64,000 nt of DNA, taken from assembly GCA_963734545.1 (NCBI GenBank), contig CAVTHO010000009.1, positions 32,001 to 96,000 of the forward strand, read 5' to 3'. The notes beneath the pieces were generated by a model. That model ran no database searches, was not told where the DNA came from, and was given only the letters and a program-made list of their open reading frames with translations. The DNA comes from an uncultured Spirochaetota bacterium (GTDB taxonomy: Bacteria > Spirochaetota > Spirochaetia > SZUA-6 > Fen-1364). A program made the position numbers and the translations under genes. The stretch's first letter is position 1. Each line of letters begins with the position of its first letter. Below are positions 9,166 to 18,600 of the stretch, piece after piece.

Positions 9166-10549
9166 ATCCTTCCGCCGGGTCAGCGGCCGGCACATCCTCG
9201 TCTGCGATGGGAAATGCCAGCCTGAATATGCTTCCCCCCTCGATCGGCTCATATTCGAGACTTCCTTCGTTCTGAAGGGCGAGGCTCCGGGAAAGGGAAA
9301 GCCCGAGACCCGTGCTGCCGGTGCGTGTCCAGGAAGGGGTGAACAGCCGGTGAGCCGCTTCGGGGGGGACCCCGCCCGCCCTGTCTTTGACCTCGAGCAC
9401 CGCCATCTCTTCCTGCCGGCGGGCAGTAACGGAAATCACACGTTTGCCATCTGCCGGGCCCGTGCGGTAAACCTCCGCCGCATTACGCACGAGGTTCAGA
9501 AGCGCGTGCTCCACCTCGTCCATGCGGCACCGAAAGCGAATTCCGGGAGCCAGGTCAGCTTCTATCAGAATTCCGTCGCCGCGAAAGGCGGCTCTGACCA
9601 TCCGGAAGAACCCTGCCAGATCCCGGGCAGCGTCGATCACCCGCGGCTTCTCCCTCCCGTCCCGGGAGAGGCTTTCCAGCAGGCCTATCGTCGCATCTCT
9701 GCCTGCCTCCGCATGCTGCAGGAGCAGACGAAGGCATTCGTCCTTTGCCTCCGTATCACCCTGCCGCAGGCCGTGTGCCGCCGTGAGCCTGACGTGGGAG
9801 AGTATGTTCTTGAACTCGTGCGCGGCTCCTGCAGCCAGCAGACCAGAGGCCATGAGCCGGTTCTGCCGCGCAAGCGCGTTCTCCTTTTCCAGCAGTCTCG
9901 CGAAGACCTCCTCCGTGAGCCGGTCCCTGGCCTCCAGCCCGCTCAGGCTGTCCCCCCAGCCTGCGTGGAGCGGGTATCCCTCGTGGAAGACGAGCAGGCT
10001 CGTGGCGGCGGCCAGGAGAAGAGCCGGTATCGATCCGGGAAACGATGGAGGCAATCCAAGAAAGCCCCAGGCACGGCTGCCGATTCCGACCACAAGCCAG
10101 GCGCAGCAGCACAGGAAAGTGATCAGGGCAAGGTTCGAGCGCGAAACCTGCCAGAATCGGAGCAGATCCCCCAGTGCAAGGCCGGACAGAAGAACCGTAC
10201 CGGATGCGTAAAAGGCGAGGTAGGGAACACTGTCGTGATAGCCAAGGAGCCCTGCAAGGAGCAGTGCAAGCAGGAAACCCGCGCTGACGCTGTTCCCCAG
10301 CGCAAGGCTCCTCCTGCCGGCCGCCGTGCGCAGAAAAGCGCCTCCTGCCCAGAGAGGGAGCACGAGAGTCGGGTCCCGAAGAATTGTTCCGGAGGGGATG
10401 AGCAGCCAAAGCGCAATGGAAAGAAGAAATGCGGCAAGCATCAGCGGCAGGTCACGGCGAATGCAGGAACGGGTGCGAATGAGAACGAGAGCCGACTGGG
10501 TGAGAAAAAGAGTGACCGCCGGGATCAGAAAGAACTCAACATTCTGCAT
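9164..10549 (-). CDS. Multi-TM sensor histidine kinase (no adjacent response regulator)
   Basis: About 7 TM segments; H-box AHEFKNIL, N-box LNLVRNA, G1 DRAGG, G2 GSTGLGL. Confidence 0.85.
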   Translation of the reverse strand: MQNVEFFLIPAVTLFLTQSALVLIRTRSCIRRDLPLMLAAFLLSIALWLLIPSGTILRDPTLVLPLWAGGAFLRTAAGRRSLALGNSVSAGFLLALLLAGLLGYHDSVPYLAFYASGTVLLSGLALGDLLRFWQVSRSNLALITFLCCCAWLVVGIGSRAWGFLGLPPSFPGSIPALLLAAATSLLVFHEGYPLHAGWGDSLSGLEARDRLTEEVFARLLEKENALARQNRLMASGLLAAGAAHEFKNILSHVRLTAAHGLRQGDTEAKDECLRLLLQHAEAGRDATIGLLESLSRDGREKPRVIDAARDLAGFFRMVRAAFRGDGILIEADLAPGIRFRCRMDEVEHALLNLVRNAAEVYRTGPADGKRVISVTARRQEEMAVLEVKDRAGGVPPEAAHRLFTPSWTRTGSTGLGLSLSRSLALQNEGSLEYEPIEGGSIFRLAFPIADEDVPAADPAEG

Positions 10550-10555
10550 CCTCGA

Positions 10556-10584
10556 ATCGTAGCGCGCGCTTTCCGTGTTGTCGA
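10556..10584 (-). promoter_or_regulatory. Promoter TCGACA-17-TACGAT, 6 nt before ATG (leaderless geometry)
   Basis: Read directly. Confidence 0.6.
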
Positions 10585-10685
10585 GGGTGCGACTCCTCCG
10601 AATACTCGGGCGGCGCCGCGGAAAAAAAGCGGGAAAGGTAAAAAGGAGGGAAAAACCCCTTTCCCGCCGGAAACAAAGTCTACAT

Positions 10686-11207
10686 TCAGTTGCTCGAGAT
10701 GGAGTCCGCCTCCTCGGCACGCACGCCGTAGTCTGACATGGCTCCTCGAGAGAATTTTCCGTGATCCATCATGCGCCGCGTTTCGATCCCTGCCCCCGGA
10801 CGCATCGCACCAATGTACCCGGCGGATCTCTCGCGCCGGATATACCTCGTATAAGCGCGGAAGTTGTCGTCCCCCATGATCTGCCTCAGCTGGACCCGCG
10901 CCGCCACCAGCGCCTTCTGCATGTCCACCCGGACCTGCCCCATCTGCGTGATGAGTGTGTTGACGTTCTGCATGTCGACGGTCGAAGGCAGAAGGGCCTT
11001 GTCGAGCTGCGCCCTCAGCAGCCGGAGCTGAACCGCATTTGCACGGACGCCGGACCGGGTCTTGCCTTGTATATCCATGACCTGGGAGACCTGGGCGTCG
11101 GTCAGACCGAGCTGTTTGAGCATCTTCGCTTCCGGCCCCTGCGCGGACTGCGCGAATCCGGCCATCGGCAGAACAAGGGCGAAAAAGACGGGTAAAAGTC
11201 GCTTCAT
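10686..11207 (-). CDS. Spy/CpxP-like periplasmic protein
   Basis: Signal peptide, LGLTDAQ (LTXXQ) motif, helical body, Met/Gly-rich tail. Confidence 0.7.
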   Translation of the reverse strand: MKRLLPVFFALVLPMAGFAQSAQGPEAKMLKQLGLTDAQVSQVMDIQGKTRSGVRANAVQLRLLRAQLDKALLPSTVDMQNVNTLITQMGQVRVDMQKALVAARVQLRQIMGDDNFRAYTRYIRRERSAGYIGAMRPGAGIETRRMMDHGKFSRGAMSDYGVRAEEADSISSN

Positions 11208-11338
11208 GAGAGCACCTCCGCTTCTCTGTTGCGATACTAATTGCCCGGGAGCAGGGATTCCATAAACGGATGATAAAGGGGGGAGAACTTTATGTTATTG
11301 CGCGGCGTGGCGTGGTATCCTGACGGGGAGGGCCGTGA

Positions 11339-11641
11339 ATGTACACCGCGACAATGCTGTACCACTTCAAGGACGACTCTTTCGAGGCTGCCTGCGAGAT
11401 CTGGAAGAGCCGGGTCATGGATCACGCGAAGAGCCAGCCGGGCTTCATCAGGATGCAATTCCTCACCGCACGGCCTCAGGCTCTGGCCATCGGCACATGG
11501 GCGGCGAATGCCGATGCCCGACAATTCATGGAGACGGGAGTCTTCAGACAGCTCATGGCCCAGCTCCAGAATCACGTGACACGCCAGCCCGAGCAGACGG
11601 TCTGGGACCTGCGCTACTTCGCGGAGAAAGAGGGGCGCTGA
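11339..11641 (+). CDS. Antibiotic biosynthesis monooxygenase (ABM)-like protein
   Basis: 100 aa, QPGFI and W-x-x-x pattern of the dimeric alpha/beta barrel; SD upstream. Confidence 0.6.
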   Translation: MYTATMLYHFKDDSFEAACEIWKSRVMDHAKSQPGFIRMQFLTARPQALAIGTWAANADARQFMETGVFRQLMAQLQNHVTRQPEQTVWDLRYFAEKEGR

Positions 11642-11679
11642 GACCGAAACCTGCCTGGTGGCGCGGGAAGGGGACCGTC

Positions 11680-12813
11680 TTACTGCTTCAACTCGGACAG
11701 GGGGATGGGGCGGGGGCTCGTATCCTCGCCGCTCACGCTCGCGAGCTCCTTGAGAAGCTCTTTGGCCTTGGGTGTGATCTTGGTGGGAACCCTCACGACG
11801 ATCTTGATGTACATGTCTCCGCGCTTGCCGGGGTTGTGCAGCTCGGGTATGCCTTCCCCGCGAAGACGGAGAATGCGGCCGTTCTGCGTCCCGGAGGGAA
11901 TGGTCACCCGGACCGTCTTGTCGTCCAGCGTGGGCACGGCTATGTCCGCGCCCAGCGCGGCCTGGGTGATGGAGATGGGAACCGCGCAGTAGATGTCCCT
12001 GCCGTCCCGCTCGAAGGACTCGTGCGGCTGCACCCTGAGGAATACGTACAGGTCCCCGTCCTGGGAGCCGTTGACGCCGGCGTCTCCCTGGCCGGCAACG
12101 CTCAGGCGCTTGCCGTCCTCTATGCCCGCCGGGATGGAGATCGTGAGGGTGCGGGTGCGTCGGACCGTGCCGGCGCCCCGGCATTCCGCGCAGGGCTTTT
12201 CGATGATTTCCCCTTCCCCATTGCAGCTGGGGCAGGTCGAGGCGATGGAGAAAAAGCCCGAATTTCTGCGCACCTGCCCCGAGCCGCCGCAGGTGGGACA
12301 GAGCTTTCTGCCGCTGCCCTTGTCCGCGCCGGTGCCCCGGCAGACTTCGCAGCGCTCCGCCCGCGGGTAGGAGACCTCCTTCTTGGCCCCGAAGGCGGCC
12401 TCGAGAAAGGTGATCTCCATGTCATAGCGGAGGTCGGAGCCGCGCTGGCCGCCGCTGCGCCCCGAAGAGCGGCGCCGCGAGCTTCCGCCTCCGAAGAAGG
12501 AGTCGAATATCCCGCTCACGTCGCCGAAGATGTCCTCGAAACCCTGGAAGATCGAGGAGAAGTCCTGCGCCGTCGGCTGGCCCATGCCGCGCAGGCCCGC
12601 GAAGCCGTACTGGTCGTACGCCTGGCGTTTGCGGTCATCCGCGAGGATTTCGTATGCCTCGGTGGCCTCCTTGAACTTTTCTTCGGAGTCCTTGTTTTCC
12701 GGGTTCCTGTCGGGATGGTGCTTGATGGCGAGCTGCCGGTAAGCCTTCTTTATCTCTTCCCGTGATGCGTTCTTCTGCACGCCCAGGATCTCGTAAAAAT
12801 CGCGTTTCGCCAT
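11680..12813 (-). CDS. dnaJ: Chaperone DnaJ
   Basis: HPD J-domain, four CxxCxGxG repeats. Confidence 0.97.
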   Translation of the reverse strand: MAKRDFYEILGVQKNASREEIKKAYRQLAIKHHPDRNPENKDSEEKFKEATEAYEILADDRKRQAYDQYGFAGLRGMGQPTAQDFSSIFQGFEDIFGDVSGIFDSFFGGGSSRRRSSGRSGGQRGSDLRYDMEITFLEAAFGAKKEVSYPRAERCEVCRGTGADKGSGRKLCPTCGGSGQVRRNSGFFSIASTCPSCNGEGEIIEKPCAECRGAGTVRRTRTLTISIPAGIEDGKRLSVAGQGDAGVNGSQDGDLYVFLRVQPHESFERDGRDIYCAVPISITQAALGADIAVPTLDDKTVRVTIPSGTQNGRILRLRGEGIPELHNPGKRGDMYIKIVVRVPTKITPKAKELLKELASVSGEDTSPRPIPLSELKQ

Positions 12814-12816
12814 GCC

Positions 12817-14748
12817 TTATTTTTTCTTCTTCCCGTCGTCTACCACCTCGTAGTCGACGTCTTCCGCGGCTTTCTTCTGGTCCCGCCGTGCCCTGTGCGC
12901 GCCGGCGTCGCCGTTTCCCGAGGTCCCGGCACCGGACGGCGAGCGCGCAGATGCTTCCTTGTAGACCTCTTCCGCGAGGCGGTACGCAGCCTTCGTGAGG
13001 GCGTCTGTCCTGCCCTTGATGAGGGAAATGTCTCCCGCGTCAAGCGCAGCGCGCAGCTCGGCGGCTGCCGCCTCTATCTCTTTCCTGTCCGCAGGGCTGA
13101 CCTTGTCTCCGAGCTCCCGAAGCGACTTTTCCGTGGAGTACAGCAGGGTATCCGCCTCGTTGCGCGTTTCCGCCCGCTCGCGCTCGATCCTGTCCTCCGT
13201 GGCGTGGGATTCCGCTTCCTTGACCATCCTCTTGATCTCGTCCTCCGAAAGCCCCGACGAGCTTTCTATGCGGATCTTCTGTTCCTTGCCGGTCCCCAGG
13301 TCCTTGGCGGATACGTGCACGATGCCGTTCGCGTCTATGTCGAACGTGACCTCGATCTGAGGAATGCCGCGAGGGGCGGGGGGAATACCGACGAGGTCGA
13401 ACCTGCCGAGCGTCCTGTTCTGGCTCGCCATCTCCCGCTCCCCCTGGAGCACGTGAATGGAAACCGCGGTCTGGCTGTCGGAGGCCGTGGAGAAAGTCTG
13501 ACCCTTGCGCGTGGGAATGGTCGTGTTGCGGTCGATCAGCTTCGTGAACACCCCTCCGAGAGTCTCGATGCCGAGCGAGAGCGGAGTGACGTCCAGGAGG
13601 AGCACGTCTTTGACGTCGCCGCCGAGGATGCCCCCCTGGATGGAGGCGCCGACGGCCACCACCTCGTCGGGATTGACCCCCTTGCTGCCTTCCTTGCCGA
13701 AGATATCCTTCACGAGTGACTGAATGGCGGGAATCCGGGTGGAGCCGCCCACGAGGATCACGTGGTCGATGTCCTGGGGCTTGAGCCCTGCGTCGCGCAA
13801 TGCCTGCATGCAGGGCTCACGTGTCTTTTCGAACAGCGAGTCGAGAAGCTGCTCCAGCTTTGCGCGCGTGAGCGTGTAGTTCAGGTGCCGCGGGCCTGAC
13901 TGGTCCGCGGTGATGAACGGAAGGTTCAGAGAGGTGCTCTGCGCGCTGGAGAGCTCGATCTTGGCCTTTTCCGCGGCTTCCTTGAGCCTCTGGAGCGCCA
14001 TCCTGTCCCGGGACAGGTCGATTCCATTCTCCTTCTTGAACTCGAAAACCACCCAATCGATGATGCGCTGGTCGAAGTCGTCCCCGCCGAGGTGCGTGTC
14101 TCCATTGGTGGACTTCACCTCGAACACTCCGTCTCCCAGCTCGAGTATGGAGATATCGAATGTGCCGCCGCCAAGGTCATAGACGGCGATGGTTTCCTCG
14201 CGTCCCCCCTTGTCCAGCCCATAGGCGAGAGCGGCCGCCGTCGGCTCGTTGACGATCCTTTTCACCTCCAGGCCCGCGATCCGGCCGGCGTCTTTTGTCG
14301 CCTGCCGCTGGGCGTCATTGAAGTAGGCAGGCACCGTGATCACCGCCTCGGTGAGGGGCTCTCCCAGGAAGTCCTCGGCGGTCTTCTTCATCTTTTGCAG
14401 TACGGCGGCGGAGATCTCGGGCGGCGAATAGCGGGTGCCCCTGATCTCCACGCGGAGGTCATTGCCGGCATCGGTGACGGCAAACGGCACCCTGCGGACC
14501 TCCTCCCGCACCTCGTCGATCCTGCGTCCCATGAAGCGCTTGATCGAGTACACGGTATTCTCGGGATTGGTGATCATTTGATTCTTGGCCGGCTGGCCTA
14601 CCAGTCGCTCACCATTGTCGGTGAAGGCGACAATGGAGGGAGTGGTGCGCTGCCCTTCCGAGTTCGGAATGACCACGGGCTGGCCGCCTTCCATGATGGC
14701 CACGCAGGAGTTCGTTGTCCCGAGATCTATCCCTATGATCTTGCCCAT
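12817..14748 (-). CDS. dnaK: Chaperone DnaK
   Basis: [25 protein letters not shown]. Confidence 0.98.
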   Translation of the reverse strand: MGKIIGIDLGTTNSCVAIMEGGQPVVIPNSEGQRTTPSIVAFTDNGERLVGQPAKNQMITNPENTVYSIKRFMGRRIDEVREEVRRVPFAVTDAGNDLRVEIRGTRYSPPEISAAVLQKMKKTAEDFLGEPLTEAVITVPAYFNDAQRQATKDAGRIAGLEVKRIVNEPTAAALAYGLDKGGREETIAVYDLGGGTFDISILELGDGVFEVKSTNGDTHLGGDDFDQRIIDWVVFEFKKENGIDLSRDRMALQRLKEAAEKAKIELSSAQSTSLNLPFITADQSGPRHLNYTLTRAKLEQLLDSLFEKTREPCMQALRDAGLKPQDIDHVILVGGSTRIPAIQSLVKDIFGKEGSKGVNPDEVVAVGASIQGGILGGDVKDVLLLDVTPLSLGIETLGGVFTKLIDRNTTIPTRKGQTFSTASDSQTAVSIHVLQGEREMASQNRTLGRFDLVGIPPAPRGIPQIEVTFDIDANGIVHVSAKDLGTGKEQKIRIESSSGLSEDEIKRMVKEAESHATEDRIERERAETRNEADTLLYSTEKSLRELGDKVSPADRKEIEAAAAELRAALDAGDISLIKGRTDALTKAAYRLAEEVYKEASARSPSGAGTSGNGDAGAHRARRDQKKAAEDVDYEVVDDGKKKK

Positions 14749-14751
14749 ATC

Positions 14752-15525
14752 TCAGTTGCCCTTGCCGACCGGTTCATCCTGCCCTTCCTTCGGTCTGTCG
14801 CCGCCCCCGTCCTGTTTCACGCCGGGGGACGCTTTCGCGCCTGGCGGCATGGCCCCCGCAGGCGGCATTTTCGGTCCCGGGGGGGCCTGCACAGCCGGCA
14901 CGGTTGCAGGCACCATTACCTTCACCCGCGCAGGCCGCAGCACGCGCTCGTGAAGGTAGTAGCCCTTCTGATAGTCTTCCGCCACGGTGGGCTTGGCGTC
15001 CGACGGTCCTTCCACGCGCAGCACTGCCTCGTGCTTGTTCGGATCGAAGGTCTCTCCCACCGAGGTGAAACGCTTGAGCCCCCAGCGGCTTTCCAACATC
15101 TCCACGAGCTGCTTCTCGATCATGGTGACGCCCTGAAGGAAAGAGGGGAAGTCACGCGACTCCTCCGCTGACTTGATTGCCCGCTCGAAGTCGTCGATCA
15201 GACCTATGACATCCGTCAGGAGAGAGGCGTTGGCATAGCGCGCGGCGTCCTCGCGTTCGCGGATCATCCTCTTGCGGAAATTCTCGAAGTCCGCCTGCTT
15301 CCTCAACAGCCTGTCTTTCAGCTCTGCCGTTTCGCTCTCCAACGCGCTGATTCGATCCTGCTCACTCACGCAGGACGCCTCTGCGGACGCGCCTGTCCCC
15401 GACGGGCCGCCCGACGCGGCGAACTCGCTCTTCTGGGGGATTTCGCTCTTTTGCGCCTGAGGCTCGGCAGCATGGGCATTCTGCGCCCCTCCCGAGACCT
15501 CTTCCTGGTCCTTCTTCTTCGACAT
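14752..15525 (-). CDS. grpE: Nucleotide exchange factor GrpE with low-complexity termini
   Basis: QADFENFRKR, FDPNKHEA, QKGY..ERVLRPARVKV. Confidence 0.95.
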   Translation of the reverse strand: MSKKKDQEEVSGGAQNAHAAEPQAQKSEIPQKSEFAASGGPSGTGASAEASCVSEQDRISALESETAELKDRLLRKQADFENFRKRMIREREDAARYANASLLTDVIGLIDDFERAIKSAEESRDFPSFLQGVTMIEKQLVEMLESRWGLKRFTSVGETFDPNKHEAVLRVEGPSDAKPTVAEDYQKGYYLHERVLRPARVKVMVPATVPAVQAPPGPKMPPAGAMPPGAKASPGVKQDGGGDRPKEGQDEPVGKGN

Positions 15526-15557
15526 CAGTACCGCCTGGAGAGAAATGGTTTATAGTA

Positions 15558-15589
15558 AAGGTAACAGCTTGCTTCGCGTCAGGTCAAGC
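15558..15589 (-). promoter_or_regulatory. grpE promoter (TTGACC-18-TACCTT with TG extension) overlapped by inverted repeat GCTTG-N13-CAAGC
   Basis: Read directly; the inverted repeat spans 15567-15589. Confidence 0.5.
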
Positions 15590-15625
15590 ATTTTCTCAAC
15601 CGCGGCGCGAAGCTCTGTCGGGTCG

Positions 15626-18600
15626 CTATACCTTCGGTGCAAGCTCCAGTATGAGCTCTACCTCTCCTCTGCTGAGCTGGGTGACGCGCGAGATCTCCTG
15701 CACCGACCAGCCCTGGTGGGAAAGCTTGACGACCGTCTCCCGCTTGTCGAGAGGAGGAGCGCCGCGCTCGCCCTTTTCCTTCTTGGTTTCCGCCTTCATG
15801 ATGCTCTCGAGCAGCCGTACCTGCTCCTGTGCCTGCCTGCCGATCTCCTCGAACCTGGTTTCCGTGCGCGCCATCCATTCACGCGAGCTCTGCGCCTTCT
15901 CCAGGCGGCTCTCCAGCTCTTCGATGACTCCGCTGAGCTTCCCGACGGTCTGCATGGCGGTGTCCGCGTCTTTCTTGTTGGCGGCGAGCATCTCGTATTC
16001 GCCGCGCAGAGACGAGACCTTTGCCGCCAGCTCATCTGCCGTCCGGTCCGCCTCCCCCAGTGACTTCTCGATGTTCTCAAGACGCTGGAAGTTCCTGTCC
16101 ACGCCTTCCGATGTCACCGACAGTATTTCCTTCTTCTTCTCCAGTCTTTCGAACCCGCCCTCCACGGACTTGCCCATTTCCTCGAACTGCCGGATCTTGG
16201 CCTGGATCTGCTGGAGCGCGTCATTGCTGGACGACAGCGTATCCAGCTTGAGATCCACGTCCTTCGAGACCGCGATGATCTTCTTGAAGTCCCCGTCCAT
16301 CTCCTCGATTCGTCGTCTCTCGGCAAGGAACCGCGTGAGCTTCGTGGAGACCTCGTCGGCGACCTTCTTCGTCTTGGAAAGCTGGACCTCGATCTCGGAG
16401 AACTCCGCCCGGTCGGCGTTCAGCTTCGCCACTTCCTTCTTCATCTCGTCGATGCTGACTTCCAGGGCGGCCTTCAGAGTGTCCGCCCGCTCGAAGAGGC
16501 GCGTCTGGGAGGTGAAGCTCTTGACCCGCTTGTCGATCTCCACGAGGTTCGTCGAGAGCAGCTGGTAGCTTTCCTCGATCCGCCCGAAGAGTTTCTCCTG
16601 CATGGCATCGGCTTTTTCCTTGGTATCCACCAGGAGCTGCTTCTGTTCCTTGATTCTTCCCTCGACCTCGGTCTGCACCTCGCGCACCCGTTTCTGGCTG
16701 TCGAGCTGGAACCCATCCATCTGGGTCCGCAGCGCCTCCATTGCGGCTTCCGTCGTCTTCTTCAGATCCGCTTCGAACGAGGAGATGGTCTCTCCCATCT
16801 GGGCGAGCTCCTTCCGCAGGCCGATGCGCTCTTCGTTCGTGGACACCAGCAAGTCCTCTTTCTGCGCGGCGAACGCGTCCCTGATCGCGCCGACGGATGA
16901 TGCTGCCTCCGCAGAGAGGGAGGAAATCTTTTCCGCTATGGCGAGCTCGGCTTCCGCAAGCTGCTTCTTCGCCCCACCTTCCCAGGCCGCGATCTCGGTC
17001 CGCGAGGTTTCGAAGAGCTCGGTCAGCTCCTTGCGTCCCGCGGTCAGCTCCACGGAGAGCTCCTTGAGCCTCGATTCGATCTCCCGGTGCATCTTCCGGG
17101 TTGCGGCCTCCATCACGTCTTTCACGCCGCCCAGGTCCTTTTCAAAGGACAGGGAGGCGTCTTTCCGCGCCTTCTCGACGTCACCGCGGAGTGTCTCCCG
17201 CAGGGTCTGCACCGCCTCGTCCGCGGCAGCAGTGCGCTCCTTGACGTCGGCTTCGAAGCTCGCCGCGCGCTTCTCCATTTCCACCTGCCAGGCCTGGAAT
17301 TTCTCCTGCGTCATGGTGGACCGGGCGCGCAGGTCCGTGAAGAATTCCTCCTCGAACACGGAGAGCTTCTTCTCCGCGTCCTGGTAGGCGCGGGCTTTCA
17401 GCTCTTCCAGTCCTGCCTCCAGCTCTCCCATGCCCGCCTGGAGCTGCTCGCGCGCAATCGCGGCCCCGGCGATATCCGACTTCCATCCGGCAGCCAGCTC
17501 ATCCGCGAGCCCCTTCATCTCCGCGCGCACGCCCTCCGCCATCTTGTCCATTGTCTGGGAGAGGGATGCCCTCAGGGCATCCACGTCCCGGTTGGCATCC
17601 TCAAGGACCTTCACGCGGTAGTCCACGTCGCCCTGGTAGTCCGCAAGCCGCAGCTCGATCGTCTCGATGCTCTTCGCCAGCGTGGCCTCGTCCCCCTGGA
17701 TCCGTGAGGCAAGATTCGAGAGCCTGCCCGCGTTCTCCTGCTCCGCTTCGGCAAGCTGCGCTTTTGCGCCGTCTTCCCAGGCGGCAATCTCGGCGCGCGA
17801 GGTCTCGAACAGGTCCGCCAGGTCCTTGCGCCCCGCGTTGAGCTCCGCGGACAGCGCCTCGAGACGCGCCTCGATCTCGCGGTGCATCTTCCGCGATTCT
17901 GCCTCCATGGTGTCGCGGACGCTGCCCAGGTTCTTTTCGAATGATTGGGAGGCTTCCTTCCGGGCCCGTTCGATGTCTCCGCTCAGCGCCTCGCGCAGCG
18001 CCATGACCGATTCGCCGGCTGCCGCGGCGCGCGTTTTCACGTCCGCTTCCAGGCTTTCCACGCGCGCTTTGACATCCGCCTCGACGCTCGCCGCGCGCGC
18101 ATTGACGACCGCCTCCAGGCTCGCCGTGCGCTCCTTTACTCCGGCCTCGAAGCCCGCCGCTCGCTTCTCCATCTCCGCCTGCCATGACTGGAACTTTTCC
18201 TGCGTCATGGTGGAGCGGGCGCGCAGGTCGGCGAAGAACTCCTCTTCGAACATCGAGAGCTTCTTCTCCGCGTCCTGGTAGGCGCGCTTCTTCAACGTCT
18301 CCAGCTCCGCCTGGAGCTCTCCCATGCTCGCCTGGAGCTGCTGCCGGGTGGTCTCCGCGCCGGCAACCTCCGACTTCCATCCGTGTGTCAGCTCGGCGGC
18401 GAGCGTATCCGTCAACGCCTTCATTTCGGAGCGAACGGCCGCCCCCATCTTGTCCACCGTCTGCGCAAGCGAGGCGCGCAGGGCATCGACATCCCGATGT
18501 GCCTCGTCCAGGACCTTCATCCGGTAGTCGACGTCGGCCTGGTAGTCCGCCAGCCTCGATTCGACTGTCTCGATACTCTTCGCGAGCGCGGCCTTGTCCG

